This document shows, in pieces, positions 51,584 through 60,359 of a stretch of DNA of 64,000 bases. The translations under genes were made by a program, and so were the position numbers. Origin of the DNA: Syntrophorhabdaceae bacterium (GTDB lineage: Bacteria; Desulfobacterota; Syntrophorhabdia; Syntrophorhabdales; Syntrophorhabdaceae); assembly GCA_963665295.1 (NCBI GenBank), contig OY762209.1:2592001-2656000 (forward strand). Direction: 5' to 3'. Below the pieces are notes generated by a model, which was not told the origin of the DNA, ran no database searches, and saw only the letters and a program-made list of their open reading frames with translations. How positions within the stretch are numbered: position 1 is the first letter of the stretch; each line of letters opens with the position of its first letter.

Positions 51584-51623
51584 AATATACGCTCCTTAAG
51601 GGGATTTTCCCCGGTGTCTCGTT

Positions 51624-52844
51624 TCAGGCGGTCTTGCGGTGCAATTGGTCGAGGGTCTCGAAATAGGCTTCGATCCGCGTTCTTATCTGGGTTTCGGAAT
51701 AAAACCGCTGGTCTCCCATATCGCTCTCGAAGACGAGGGCGGGGATGCCCGTCCTTTTAACGAGGATCTCCTTGAGGCTGGGAACGGCAAAGGAAACGGC
51801 CTTGCAGCTTCTGTTCATGAACATTATCATCCCGTTCATGTCGTATCTCTTGAAAAGGTCCATGGCCATGTCCGCCCTGTCTTCGATGGTGGAGTTGGAG
51901 AAACGGTCCACATAGTTCTGGGCGAGGGTTACGAGGGGGTCCTCGTTGAGGTCGAAATCAAGACTCCAGGCATGGACATAGAGAGAGGTGAGGATGACCC
52001 CACCGTAAGAGGCAAGAAGCTTCGCGTGGTCACTGAATTTGAACCACACGGGAAGGTTTTCCCAGTAGAGCCGGTACTTTTCGTTCGGGACGACCCCGAT
52101 GCCTTTCTGCACCTTTTCTTCTATCTCGTCACAGAGGGTCTGGTAATACTCCACGCATTCGGGGGTGCCTCTCCGGTACACAGCGATAGCCATGCCTATG
52201 AGGGCATCGAAGATGCTGATGGGCGACGGTTTGTATTGAGCCATGTCGAGAAATTTCTTGTAGAGTATGCTCGACTGGGCCGAATACTGCATGACTTCCT
52301 GTAGTCTGTCGTAATTGAATTTCTTCTTGGTCACGTGTTCAAGCCAGGCAATAAGCTCCTTGAGTTGGAGGACGCAATACTTGACGATCTCCTGTCTCGC
52401 CTTTTTGTCCATCACGTACTCGGGTGTGTCGAATACGAAGACGGGCAGATCACCCCTACGGGCCAGGACCTGGAACCACTTGGTGAGGGTGAAGCACTGG
52501 GCGTTGCAGGCGAGGAAGATGTCGGGCTCCGGTATGCCTTTGGTGATGGTCTTTCCCGACTCCCTGTAACCGAGATCGGTCCTCGCATAGGCGCAGAGGT
52601 GGCTCGTATACCCGAGGTTTTCGGTGATGGAACATATCTCGGCGCCCTTCTTTGCGGTAAGGTTCGCCACTGCGTGGTTTTCAGGATAGATAGGTACTAT
52701 GTCGTGGGCTACAAAAAGCTCCACAGGAGAGATTGCGGTCGTGTATCCCACGAGTTTTCCGAGTTCATGGGCGCGGAACGCTTCATCCATATATTCATCG
52801 GTGATCTTCTTTGATAAAGCCTTGGAAGACAGTTTTTCGCTCAT
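51624..52844 (-). CDS. 2-hydroxyacyl-CoA dehydratase/benzoyl-CoA reductase family subunit (HgdA/FldB-like)
   Basis: YPENH, HLCAYAR, CNAQCFTLTKW, NRSCK, TRIEAYFE. Confidence 0.88.
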   Translation of the reverse strand: MSEKLSSKALSKKITDEYMDEAFRAHELGKLVGYTTAISPVELFVAHDIVPIYPENHAVANLTAKKGAEICSITENLGYTSHLCAYARTDLGYRESGKTITKGIPEPDIFLACNAQCFTLTKWFQVLARRGDLPVFVFDTPEYVMDKKARQEIVKYCVLQLKELIAWLEHVTKKKFNYDRLQEVMQYSAQSSILYKKFLDMAQYKPSPISIFDALIGMAIAVYRRGTPECVEYYQTLCDEIEEKVQKGIGVVPNEKYRLYWENLPVWFKFSDHAKLLASYGGVILTSLYVHAWSLDFDLNEDPLVTLAQNYVDRFSNSTIEDRADMAMDLFKRYDMNGMIMFMNRSCKAVSFAVPSLKEILVKRTGIPALVFESDMGDQRFYSETQIRTRIEAYFETLDQLHRKTA

Positions 52845-53974
52845 AGGGAGCCTCCCTTTAAAGATTCAAAAAACGCCTGAAGCCTTGTGCGTACATGGGA
52901 AAGAGACAGGGTCTGATATTCGGTGGACAGGATGTGCATGGGGATGCCCTCTTTTCTGACCATGCTTCTCAGGTCGGGCATGTCATATTCTTCGGATTCA
53001 CAGAACTCTATGTGAATATAGATGATCGCCTCCGGTTTGTGGAGGTCGTAGAGGGCTTTCAGTTCCTTAAACCCTTTATACACATTATCGTGGATAGGAG
53101 AGTAGAACCCTCTTTTGAAATGCCTTTCCGCAAGGGCGTCGATGGGGTCGGCCCCGTCGGTTATCACCCCCTGGAGGTACCTGGACCCGGTGATAAGGGT
53201 GTCACCTACCACATTGAGCTTGATCTCATCAAAGAGGTCGAATATTTCCGGAGGGTCGCAGGTGATGCCTGCGAGGATGACCCTGGTGTAGCCCTCGCCC
53301 TCTTTCTTTTCAAGGCTATCCCGTATGTTCTTCAGTGTCTGGTTAAACTCCGCCTTGTCGACCTGCATGGAAAGTTTGACGAGAGAGAAAAATTCCTTGT
53401 TGGTAATGGCCGCAGGGTATTTCCTCTTTACTTCGTAGATCTCTTTGAGAAGTTCCTTGTTTTCGTTATGAAGGGCAAAGGATCTCCTCAGGTCCTCATC
53501 GGTCACCGATTTGCCGAACCTGTCCGCCAGGGAAGCGATGACCCGCTCGGTCTCCTCTTTGACCCAGTACTTCGCGCTCGGCCTGTCTACCTGTCGGGGG
53601 GCAAGAAAGCACTCCACATAGGTGTTGGGGAAATTGATCCTCCATATGTCGGAGAGGTGCTGGGTAGTATCACATACCTGGGGCAGAACGAATCCGTCAA
53701 AGAGGTCGCCTTCATAACTCAATGCGAGTTCAAGATTGCTTCTTGCGAGAGAACAGGCGTTGTCGGGCAAAAGGCTCGGGGCTTTCTTCAAGGGTTTATT
53801 GGTACCGAGAAGCGCCACAGGAAGGAAACCGAATGCATAAATAACCTCCTCCGGCACATCTGCGATAGTACTCCCGATGACAGTTTTGCCCGTGCTCTTT
53901 TTCCACTGTCGTATTGATGGATAAGGGTCTTTCGCGTACTCCGTTACTTCCTTAAGACTCAGGTTTTCCCACAT
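52841..53974 (-). CDS. 2-hydroxyacyl-CoA dehydratase family subunit (HgdB/FldC-like)
   Basis: VPEEVIYA.G, ACSL, VCDT, FCESEEYD, RTRLQAF. Confidence 0.88.
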   Translation of the reverse strand: MWENLSLKEVTEYAKDPYPSIRQWKKSTGKTVIGSTIADVPEEVIYAFGFLPVALLGTNKPLKKAPSLLPDNACSLARSNLELALSYEGDLFDGFVLPQVCDTTQHLSDIWRINFPNTYVECFLAPRQVDRPSAKYWVKEETERVIASLADRFGKSVTDEDLRRSFALHNENKELLKEIYEVKRKYPAAITNKEFFSLVKLSMQVDKAEFNQTLKNIRDSLEKKEGEGYTRVILAGITCDPPEIFDLFDEIKLNVVGDTLITGSRYLQGVITDGADPIDALAERHFKRGFYSPIHDNVYKGFKELKALYDLHKPEAIIYIHIEFCESEEYDMPDLRSMVRKEGIPMHILSTEYQTLSLSHVRTRLQAFFESLKGGSL

Positions 53975-54149
53975 AGGTCCTCCAATAGAATGTATACGAG
54001 AAATACGTCTGGGGCAATTATAAAAAGAAGACTCACTTTTGTCAAGAAAGTGTTTCGAAAGGGTAATAGAAACCGGGAATGGACAAAATTATTGAAATCA
54101 GGGACGAAAAAATAGTATTTTTATAGAAGCAAAGGGTATAGGAGAAATC

Positions 54150-54614
54150 ATGAAAGTCCCTATCACAAGAGAAGGCTACGAGAATCTGAAAAAGGACCAC
54201 GCGTTCCTGCTTAACGACAAGAGGCCGAAGATACTGAGGGCCATTGAAGAGGCGAGGGGCCACGGCGACCTCTCCGAGAATGCCGAGTACGACGCGGCGA
54301 GAGAGGAGTACCAGTTCCTCCAGAAAAAGGTGGCGGAAATCGAGGAAATGATAAGAAATTCCGAGATAGTCGATGTCACGCAGGGAGACGGCGAGATGGT
54401 GGCGTTCGGCTGCAGCGTATCGTTGAAAAATCTCGACACCGATGAGGAAGTGGTGTACCAGGTTGTGGGTCCCTACGAATCGGACATACAGAAAGGCTTG
54501 ATATCCTTGACCTCCCCGCTGGGAAGGGCACTCATAGGAAAGTCCGTGGGAGACGAGGTAAACTTCTCCGCGCCGGGCGGGAAAAGGACCTACGAAGTCG
54601 TCAAAATAGTCTGA
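54150..54614 (+). CDS. greA: Transcription elongation factor GreA
   Basis: ARGHGDLSENAEYDAA, ISLTSPLGRALIGK. Confidence 0.96.
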   Translation: MKVPITREGYENLKKDHAFLLNDKRPKILRAIEEARGHGDLSENAEYDAAREEYQFLQKKVAEIEEMIRNSEIVDVTQGDGEMVAFGCSVSLKNLDTDEEVVYQVVGPYESDIQKGLISLTSPLGRALIGKSVGDEVNFSAPGGKRTYEVVKIV

Positions 54615-55037
54615 AATCCTCTTTCCCGGTATTCTTTTGCCCATACACCGCAACCGCTCGAACGGGGCAAGGGTCCGCGCCGCGACATGGCCGGGCCTTA
54701 TGAAGACGCCGGGATGACGTAAGGGATCAAACCTTTTCCACGGTCCCGGTAAAGTGAAGACCCCGGCGTTATGTTTTAAGGAAAGGGTTACCGGAACCGC
54801 ACCGCCCGTTACTTGTATGTAAGGAAGCACGGTAACAGGAACCGGACACACAACGGTGTGTGAGAAAAAACAGTGGCGTTCATATCTGAACGCTTTTTTT
54901 ATTTTTCACTGAAGGACTGCGGCGTCTTTAATCCTTAAGAAGGATGAGGGGCGCTTTTTTGTTTGAACAGGGAAAGCCCGCAGCTTCCGCGCAGGAGGGA
55001 GGTTCCCCTATCCTGGAATCAGACGAGGAGGAATGCC

Positions 55038-55268
55038 TTGAGTGACGAAGCAAAAGAGGTGATACCTGAGGAGTGGTACGTGAGGACGGAGTCCAAACTG
55101 GTCTGTCTTCGTTGCCGTAAAACCTTCAAAAGGGAATATGAGCCGAAGAAGACCCGACGAAGGGGGAAGGCCCACGGCACCAAAACCCTGCTTACGTTAT
55201 GGGCCTGGTACAACTTTAGAAAGCACCTCCTGAGGTGCTGGAATCGACCGGGCGACGACCAGGCGTGA
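55038..55268 (+). CDS. 76-aa basic protein with CxxC...HxxxC putative zinc finger
   Basis: AGGAGG then TTG at 55038; CLRC...HLLRC. Confidence 0.6.
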   Translation: MSDEAKEVIPEEWYVRTESKLVCLRCRKTFKREYEPKKTRRRGKAHGTKTLLTLWAWYNFRKHLLRCWNRPGDDQA

Positions 55269-55344
55269 TCACAGGCCGGCCGACAGAGCGGGCAGAATCT
55301 CCCGCCCCGGTAAGAGAGACATTACGTGACAAGGAAATCCCCGG

Positions 55345-56415
55345 TCACTCACTTAACCTCGCGTGGCCGAGAAAGGTTATGAACTTTCGGAGCAGTTCCT
55401 CGTCAAAGCAGCGTCGCATGCCCAGATCGCGGTTCTCCCGCTTGGGCGATACCCCCGGCTTGTCGTCCAGGGGAATCCCCACCATGATCTGGACCGCCTT
55501 CGCGGGAGGCAGCGGGTTTTTGTAAGGCCGCCGGGACGTCATGGCGTCGAAGACGTCGATGATCCTGAGCACCCTGGCCAGGGGGCTTATGCTGAGCCCT
55601 TCCAGGCCCAGGGGGTAGCCTCCCCCGTTAAAATCCTCGTGGTGATGCAAAACTGCTTTCTTCACGAAATCAGGAATCTCCGTGTCGAGAAGCATGGACA
55701 CGCTGTTGATGGGATGGCGCTTGATTGCGTCCCACTCGGAGGAGGTGAGGGGGTCGATCTTATTGAGTATCTCCTGGGAAACATACGCTTTTCCGATGTC
55801 GTGCAGGAGCGCCCCCACGCCGCATTGCTTCAGTAATTCCTTCTTGCGGGTCTCGTCGAAGCCCGCGTAATCTTTATGAACCTGCTCCAGAACGGAGGAA
55901 TTGTCTTTCAGAAAGGCCACGGTAAACCAAAGGACCTTGGTGGCGTGCGTATAGGTCTGGTAGTCGTGACCGATCATTTTCGCCAGGGCCTGGAGGGAAC
56001 GGGCCTCTGTGATGAAGTAGAGGGCGTTCTTGACCATGGAGTCGGTCCTCTCGAGGGCCTCCTGACTCATTACTCCCAGTCCCAGGGCATTTTCGAAGGC
56101 GTCTTTCACCACGTTGAGGGATACCCTGCTGAATATCTCCGCCTTCTGATCGTCCGACGGCCCCTGGTTTTGGAGGATCGTTCCCAGGTGATCCTCAAGG
56201 TATTCTTCGTACTTGAACTCCTCGTCGAGGGTAACGAAGACCTCCTTCATCCTGCTGGCCGAGAGTCGCTGGATCTGGTCCTCCGTGACCTCGTTGCCTT
56301 CGCGCGCCCAAAGCACATGCTGGCCCAGTGGGGAAAGTATGTAGATTTTGAATTTCGGCATGCTCCCCGGTATAATCGCTCCCGGGGGGATGGTGATGAA
56401 CTTTTCCTTATCCAT
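55345..56415 (-). CDS. HD-GYP cyclic-dinucleotide phosphodiesterase
   Basis: LLHDIGK, HHEDFNGGGYP, DVFDAMTSRRPY. Confidence 0.93.
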   Translation of the reverse strand: MDKEKFITIPPGAIIPGSMPKFKIYILSPLGQHVLWAREGNEVTEDQIQRLSASRMKEVFVTLDEEFKYEEYLEDHLGTILQNQGPSDDQKAEIFSRVSLNVVKDAFENALGLGVMSQEALERTDSMVKNALYFITEARSLQALAKMIGHDYQTYTHATKVLWFTVAFLKDNSSVLEQVHKDYAGFDETRKKELLKQCGVGALLHDIGKAYVSQEILNKIDPLTSSEWDAIKRHPINSVSMLLDTEIPDFVKKAVLHHHEDFNGGGYPLGLEGLSISPLARVLRIIDVFDAMTSRRPYKNPLPPAKAVQIMVGIPLDDKPGVSPKRENRDLGMRRCFDEELLRKFITFLGHARLSE

Positions 56416-56795
56416 GAAACGGACTCCCTGTTGTTTGATTCGAGCAGGCGCTTATTCTCTTGCGTTGAAAGAAAAGCCTCCTATTGCCCGTCTCCCGCCG
56501 TTTTTCCCCGGTCACGTCGCCGGGACCGGGCCGGGAGTCAATTGTTTTCGCATACTTGAGCAAACCGCTAATCAATGTACAATAAATATATCATTATTTA
56601 CCAAAGGTGCAATATAAATGTCACTGTCCGGCCCTTGCGCGGTCCGTCCCCTTCCCGGCGGCCCGGCACCGGGGTTATGGGGTCCGGAAGGGACCGTCAT
56701 TCGGGGTCAACCGGCCTACCGGTTGACAAACGCCTGTCTTTTCTTAATAATATGGTATACAGGCGCGGGACGCCTTAAAAAGCGATAGGAGCGGA

Positions 56796-58022
56796 ATGAA
56801 CGGTATGCGTGAGATTCGAAAGTCGAACAAGATGGACAACATATGTTATGAAATTAGGGGGCCCCTGCTCAAGGCGGCGAAACGCCTCGAAGAGGAAGGG
56901 TATACTATTATCAAGCTGAATAGCGGGAATCCTCCCGCTTTCGGGATCAACGCACCGGATGAGATAATCCATGACGTGACCCTCAATATCAGGGCCGCCC
57001 AGGCCTATGGTGATTCGAAAGGTCTTTTTTCGGCCCGCAAGACGATTATGCAGCAGTGCCAGTTGAGGGGTATCGAGGGCGTGGAGATTGAGGACATTTA
57101 CGTGGGCAACGGCGTGTCCGAAATGATCATGATGGCTATGCAGGGACTTCTCAACAACGGGGATGAAATGCTTGTCCCGTCCCCCGATTATCCACTCTGG
57201 ACCGCCGCGGTCACCCTTTCCGGAGGGACCGCCGTGCATTACATCTGCGATGAATCATCGGAGTGGATGCCTGACATCGAGGACATGGAATCGAAGGTTA
57301 CCCTGAAGACGAGGGGCATCGTGCTCATCAACCCCAATAACCCCACGGGTGCGGTCTACACAAAAGAAGTGCTCCTGAAGATAGTCGAAATGGCGGAAAA
57401 GCACGATCTTATTATATTCGCCGACGAAATATACGACCAGATCCTTTATGACGGCGCGGAGCATATCCCTGTCGCCGCCCTCTCAAAGGATGTCTTCTTC
57501 GTGACTTTCAACGGGCTGTCGAAGTCCCACCGCATTCCCGGCATGAGGGCGGGCTGGATGATCGTGAGCGGCAGGAAATCCCTTGCGAAAGACTACACCA
57601 ATGAAGGCCTGGATACCCTGTCGAATATGAGGATGTGCGGCAACATGGTGGGCCAGCTTGCCATCCAGACGGCCCTGGGAGGTTATCAGAGCCTCAGGCG
57701 GTTGATAAGCCCCGGCGGCAGGCTCTATGAGCAGCGGAGAGCCGCCTACGAGTGTTTCAACTCGATACCGGGCATTACCTGTGTAAAGCCCATGGGCGCC
57801 CTCTATCTTTTTCCGAAGATCGATGCCGAAAGGTATGGTATTCGTGACGACCAGCAGTTCCTTCTCGACTTCCTCATGGAGAAGAAGGTGCTTATGGTGC
57901 AGGGGACGGGGTTTAACTGGCACGCCCCGGACCACTTCCGGGTCGTCTTCCTCCCTTCCGTCGAAGAAATTCAGGCCGTGGCGGAACGGATGGCCGATTT
58001 CCTGAAGGACTACCACCAGTAA
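56796..58022 (+). CDS. alaA: PLP-dependent aminotransferase, AlaA/AlaT-like
   Basis: YEIRGP, YGDSKGL, PDYPLWTAA, INPNNPTG, DEIYD, NGLSKS. Confidence 0.9.
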   Translation: MNGMREIRKSNKMDNICYEIRGPLLKAAKRLEEEGYTIIKLNSGNPPAFGINAPDEIIHDVTLNIRAAQAYGDSKGLFSARKTIMQQCQLRGIEGVEIEDIYVGNGVSEMIMMAMQGLLNNGDEMLVPSPDYPLWTAAVTLSGGTAVHYICDESSEWMPDIEDMESKVTLKTRGIVLINPNNPTGAVYTKEVLLKIVEMAEKHDLIIFADEIYDQILYDGAEHIPVAALSKDVFFVTFNGLSKSHRIPGMRAGWMIVSGRKSLAKDYTNEGLDTLSNMRMCGNMVGQLAIQTALGGYQSLRRLISPGGRLYEQRRAAYECFNSIPGITCVKPMGALYLFPKIDAERYGIRDDQQFLLDFLMEKKVLMVQGTGFNWHAPDHFRVVFLPSVEEIQAVAERMADFLKDYHQ

Positions 58023-58043
58023 CCGGGTCGCTGCCGGTGGAGG

Positions 58044-59699
58044 TCAGTAGCGATAAGGCCGTGGGTGATGGTTCCACGCGTCCATGAAACTCATGAGCCC
58101 GAGGTCCCTCATCCTCCGGTGGAGATTGCCCTGCGTTCCTCTATCCCCGCCCACAGCTCGCTCGATGCGCGCCAATCGGTACAGGATATAGCGGTCCAAG
58201 TCCCTGAACTGCTCTTTTATTCCGTCGCTCGCCGCATCATTGAGAAAAGACGCGGGCCAGCCTATCCCCGTCGCATGGGTGAGGACCTTGTTGTCCGCCG
58301 TCATCCGGTCGGGCGGAAACCCGAGTAAGGTGCTGATCCGCCATATCTTCTCCGCGAGGGGCATGATACAGGGGTCGGTGTGGACTCCTGCCGGGGCCAT
58401 GTGACGGGCGTGACATTTCCTTGGGCCGTCCTGCACGGCCTCAATGCGGGTGAGGAACCTGACCCTTCGCCTGATCTTTTCGATGGTCGCGTCCCTTATG
58501 CATATTATGGGCTGGTTATCCTCGTTGATCCTGTAATGGTAGGCACAGAAATCAAACCCGTGTTCGGGGCCCGCCTCGTTTTCCGCCACGGGATAGAGGC
58601 CCGCGATAGTCGCCTTGCCCTCGTTTACCCGCTGACCCAGTTCCGTAAGGACAAAGCGTTTCATGTCTTCCCGCACCTCTTCGGCATAAGCCGGATCGTT
58701 CAGGAAAAGGACCACATCGTCCCCGAAGCGGCAAAAGGGTATGCGCTTGACCTTTATGTAAGTGTCCAACTGGTGGAGGTAGATGTTGGTGAAGAGAGGC
58801 GTGAGGCCCGTGCCCATCCCTATGCCCGTGCCCGGGGTCATGAGGACCTCATCGACCCTTGAAAAATACCTCCCCATGAGCCGCTTCAGAAAATCGCAAT
58901 CCTCATCGCTCCATCCGGCCTTCTGCGCCCGATCGAGGATCAGCGCCACGAGTCGCTCCTGGGGGACGGTTTCGTTGAAGGATTTTACATCGAGGCGAAG
59001 GACGACCCGATAGCCTTTATTGAGCCCCGATATGACCCGCCGCACTGTCTCCTTAGTCCCCCTGTTGGCGATATAGGCGCAGGACTCGCGGAAGAAGTAC
59101 TTCGTGGGAAACAGTTTCCCGAAAAGAGCGGTCAATGCCCCCACCACGAGAGTATCGGGGAAGGTGGGTTTCAGCATGATCCTGTACCGGGACCTCTCCC
59201 GGGGCGTGAGGCTGCGGTACTCGCTTTGGGGCAGGGTGTTCTTTCTGGGACGCATCCCTTCCTTGTCCGGCTCCTGGTACTTGAGAAGGGCCGTTACCCT
59301 CATGCGTGAAAATTCATAGCTGTCCTTCCGCATAAGCCTGCAGAGCCTGTTGATCGCGTTTTCCGCCGCCGGTGAAATGGTAAGGCGGATCGGGTCGGTC
59401 GGCTTTTCAGGGCGGGTCTTCTTTTTCACCGCAAGCCATTTGGGGAGAGGGGCCTTCCTTGGAAAAGGCTGATGGATCCGAGACCTGAGGGCTACGGCCT
59501 CTTCGCCTTTGAAAAGATGGCCCAGGGGGTCCCGCACCAGTATGTGGGACAGGAGCAGCATGGCCAGGGATTTGGACTTCCGCCTGATCACCTGTTGATA
59601 TGTCTTCTCGTCCGACAGGATATCTTTCAGCATAGGGTTAAGAGCCGGCATGGGTTTTCGAGGCTCGTTCCGTTTCGGTGGCCCTTTTAGGGGGACCAT
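58044..59699 (-). CDS. Divergent group II intron-like reverse transcriptase with thumb/X-like C-terminus and no endonuclease domain
   Basis: RIMLKPTFPD, SCAYIANRG, LDVKSFNETV, GIGMGTGLTPLFTNIYLHQLD, RFGDD, VNEGKAT, FDFCAY, GW...FRDLDRYILYRL. Confidence 0.9.
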   Translation of the reverse strand: MVPLKGPPKRNEPRKPMPALNPMLKDILSDEKTYQQVIRRKSKSLAMLLLSHILVRDPLGHLFKGEEAVALRSRIHQPFPRKAPLPKWLAVKKKTRPEKPTDPIRLTISPAAENAINRLCRLMRKDSYEFSRMRVTALLKYQEPDKEGMRPRKNTLPQSEYRSLTPRERSRYRIMLKPTFPDTLVVGALTALFGKLFPTKYFFRESCAYIANRGTKETVRRVISGLNKGYRVVLRLDVKSFNETVPQERLVALILDRAQKAGWSDEDCDFLKRLMGRYFSRVDEVLMTPGTGIGMGTGLTPLFTNIYLHQLDTYIKVKRIPFCRFGDDVVLFLNDPAYAEEVREDMKRFVLTELGQRVNEGKATIAGLYPVAENEAGPEHGFDFCAYHYRINEDNQPIICIRDATIEKIRRRVRFLTRIEAVQDGPRKCHARHMAPAGVHTDPCIMPLAEKIWRISTLLGFPPDRMTADNKVLTHATGIGWPASFLNDAASDGIKEQFRDLDRYILYRLARIERAVGGDRGTQGNLHRRMRDLGLMSFMDAWNHHPRPYRY

Positions 59700-60150
59700 A
59701 GATTAAGATCAGTACTCGAAATTGCCCATACCGCCTGCTCTAATTCTAGCAGCACCGCGGCCTCCCGTAAAGGGGTTAATGCAGGATTCCACTCTTTGCC
59801 CCGCTCGCGCCCGACACTATCCGGATTCCCGGTGGTGAGGCCGGGTAGGGACGAACCGGCCCTTCGGCAAGAACCGGAAGTTGACCATTCATTGGACTCT
59901 TCAGGGGAGGCAAGACATGGTGGGATCGTGGATCGGCTCCCTTTGTCGGTTCCTCGATACATCAGGCTGTCACCACCCCGGCACGCAAATCAATCGGTCT
60001 GCCGTACTCCCGGCGAGAACTACCGTTCATCGGTAGATTGCCGGATTGACCCTGTCAACCCTGTCTCATGCACTGTAACATGCCGATTCGGTCTGCCCCA
60101 TGGCAGGCACTTTGCCTTGCCCACAATAACATTCTACGCATGATTATCAT
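59700..60150 (-). ncRNA. Candidate structured RNA/leader upstream of the RT
   Basis: Hairpins at 59731-59760 and 60010-60044; long-range stems 59970-59977/59831-59838 and 59947-59954/59869-59876; no convincing ORF. Confidence 0.5.
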
Positions 60151-60359
60151 GAGCTTCTGTGTTATCGTGGCAGGGAGCGAGGAGCAACACTGGGAAGATA
60201 TGAGACGTCCTTCTCACCAAACGTTTGCTGGACCTTATTCCCGGTACGAAATCCTCCAAAGTATGTCTTCGTCCTTCTCCGGGAATATGCGGTATCCGTA
60301 CTTCGCCGTCGGCTGGGCGCAGTTGGTTCCGGACGTGACCGGTATTTCGATCCGCGCTA

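Noticed and set aside
58023..58110. Complete group II intron
   Set aside because: No domain V/VI consensus at or after the RT stop; only 21 nt to the convergent alaA stop.
59687..59962. 91-aa ORF overlapping the RT start as an accessory protein
   Set aside because: No clear RBS or recognisable motif, and it overlaps the predicted RNA stems; not fully excluded.
58044..60150. Retron
   Set aside because: No NAxxH or VTG motifs, and no clear long a1/a2 inverted repeat bracketing the leader.
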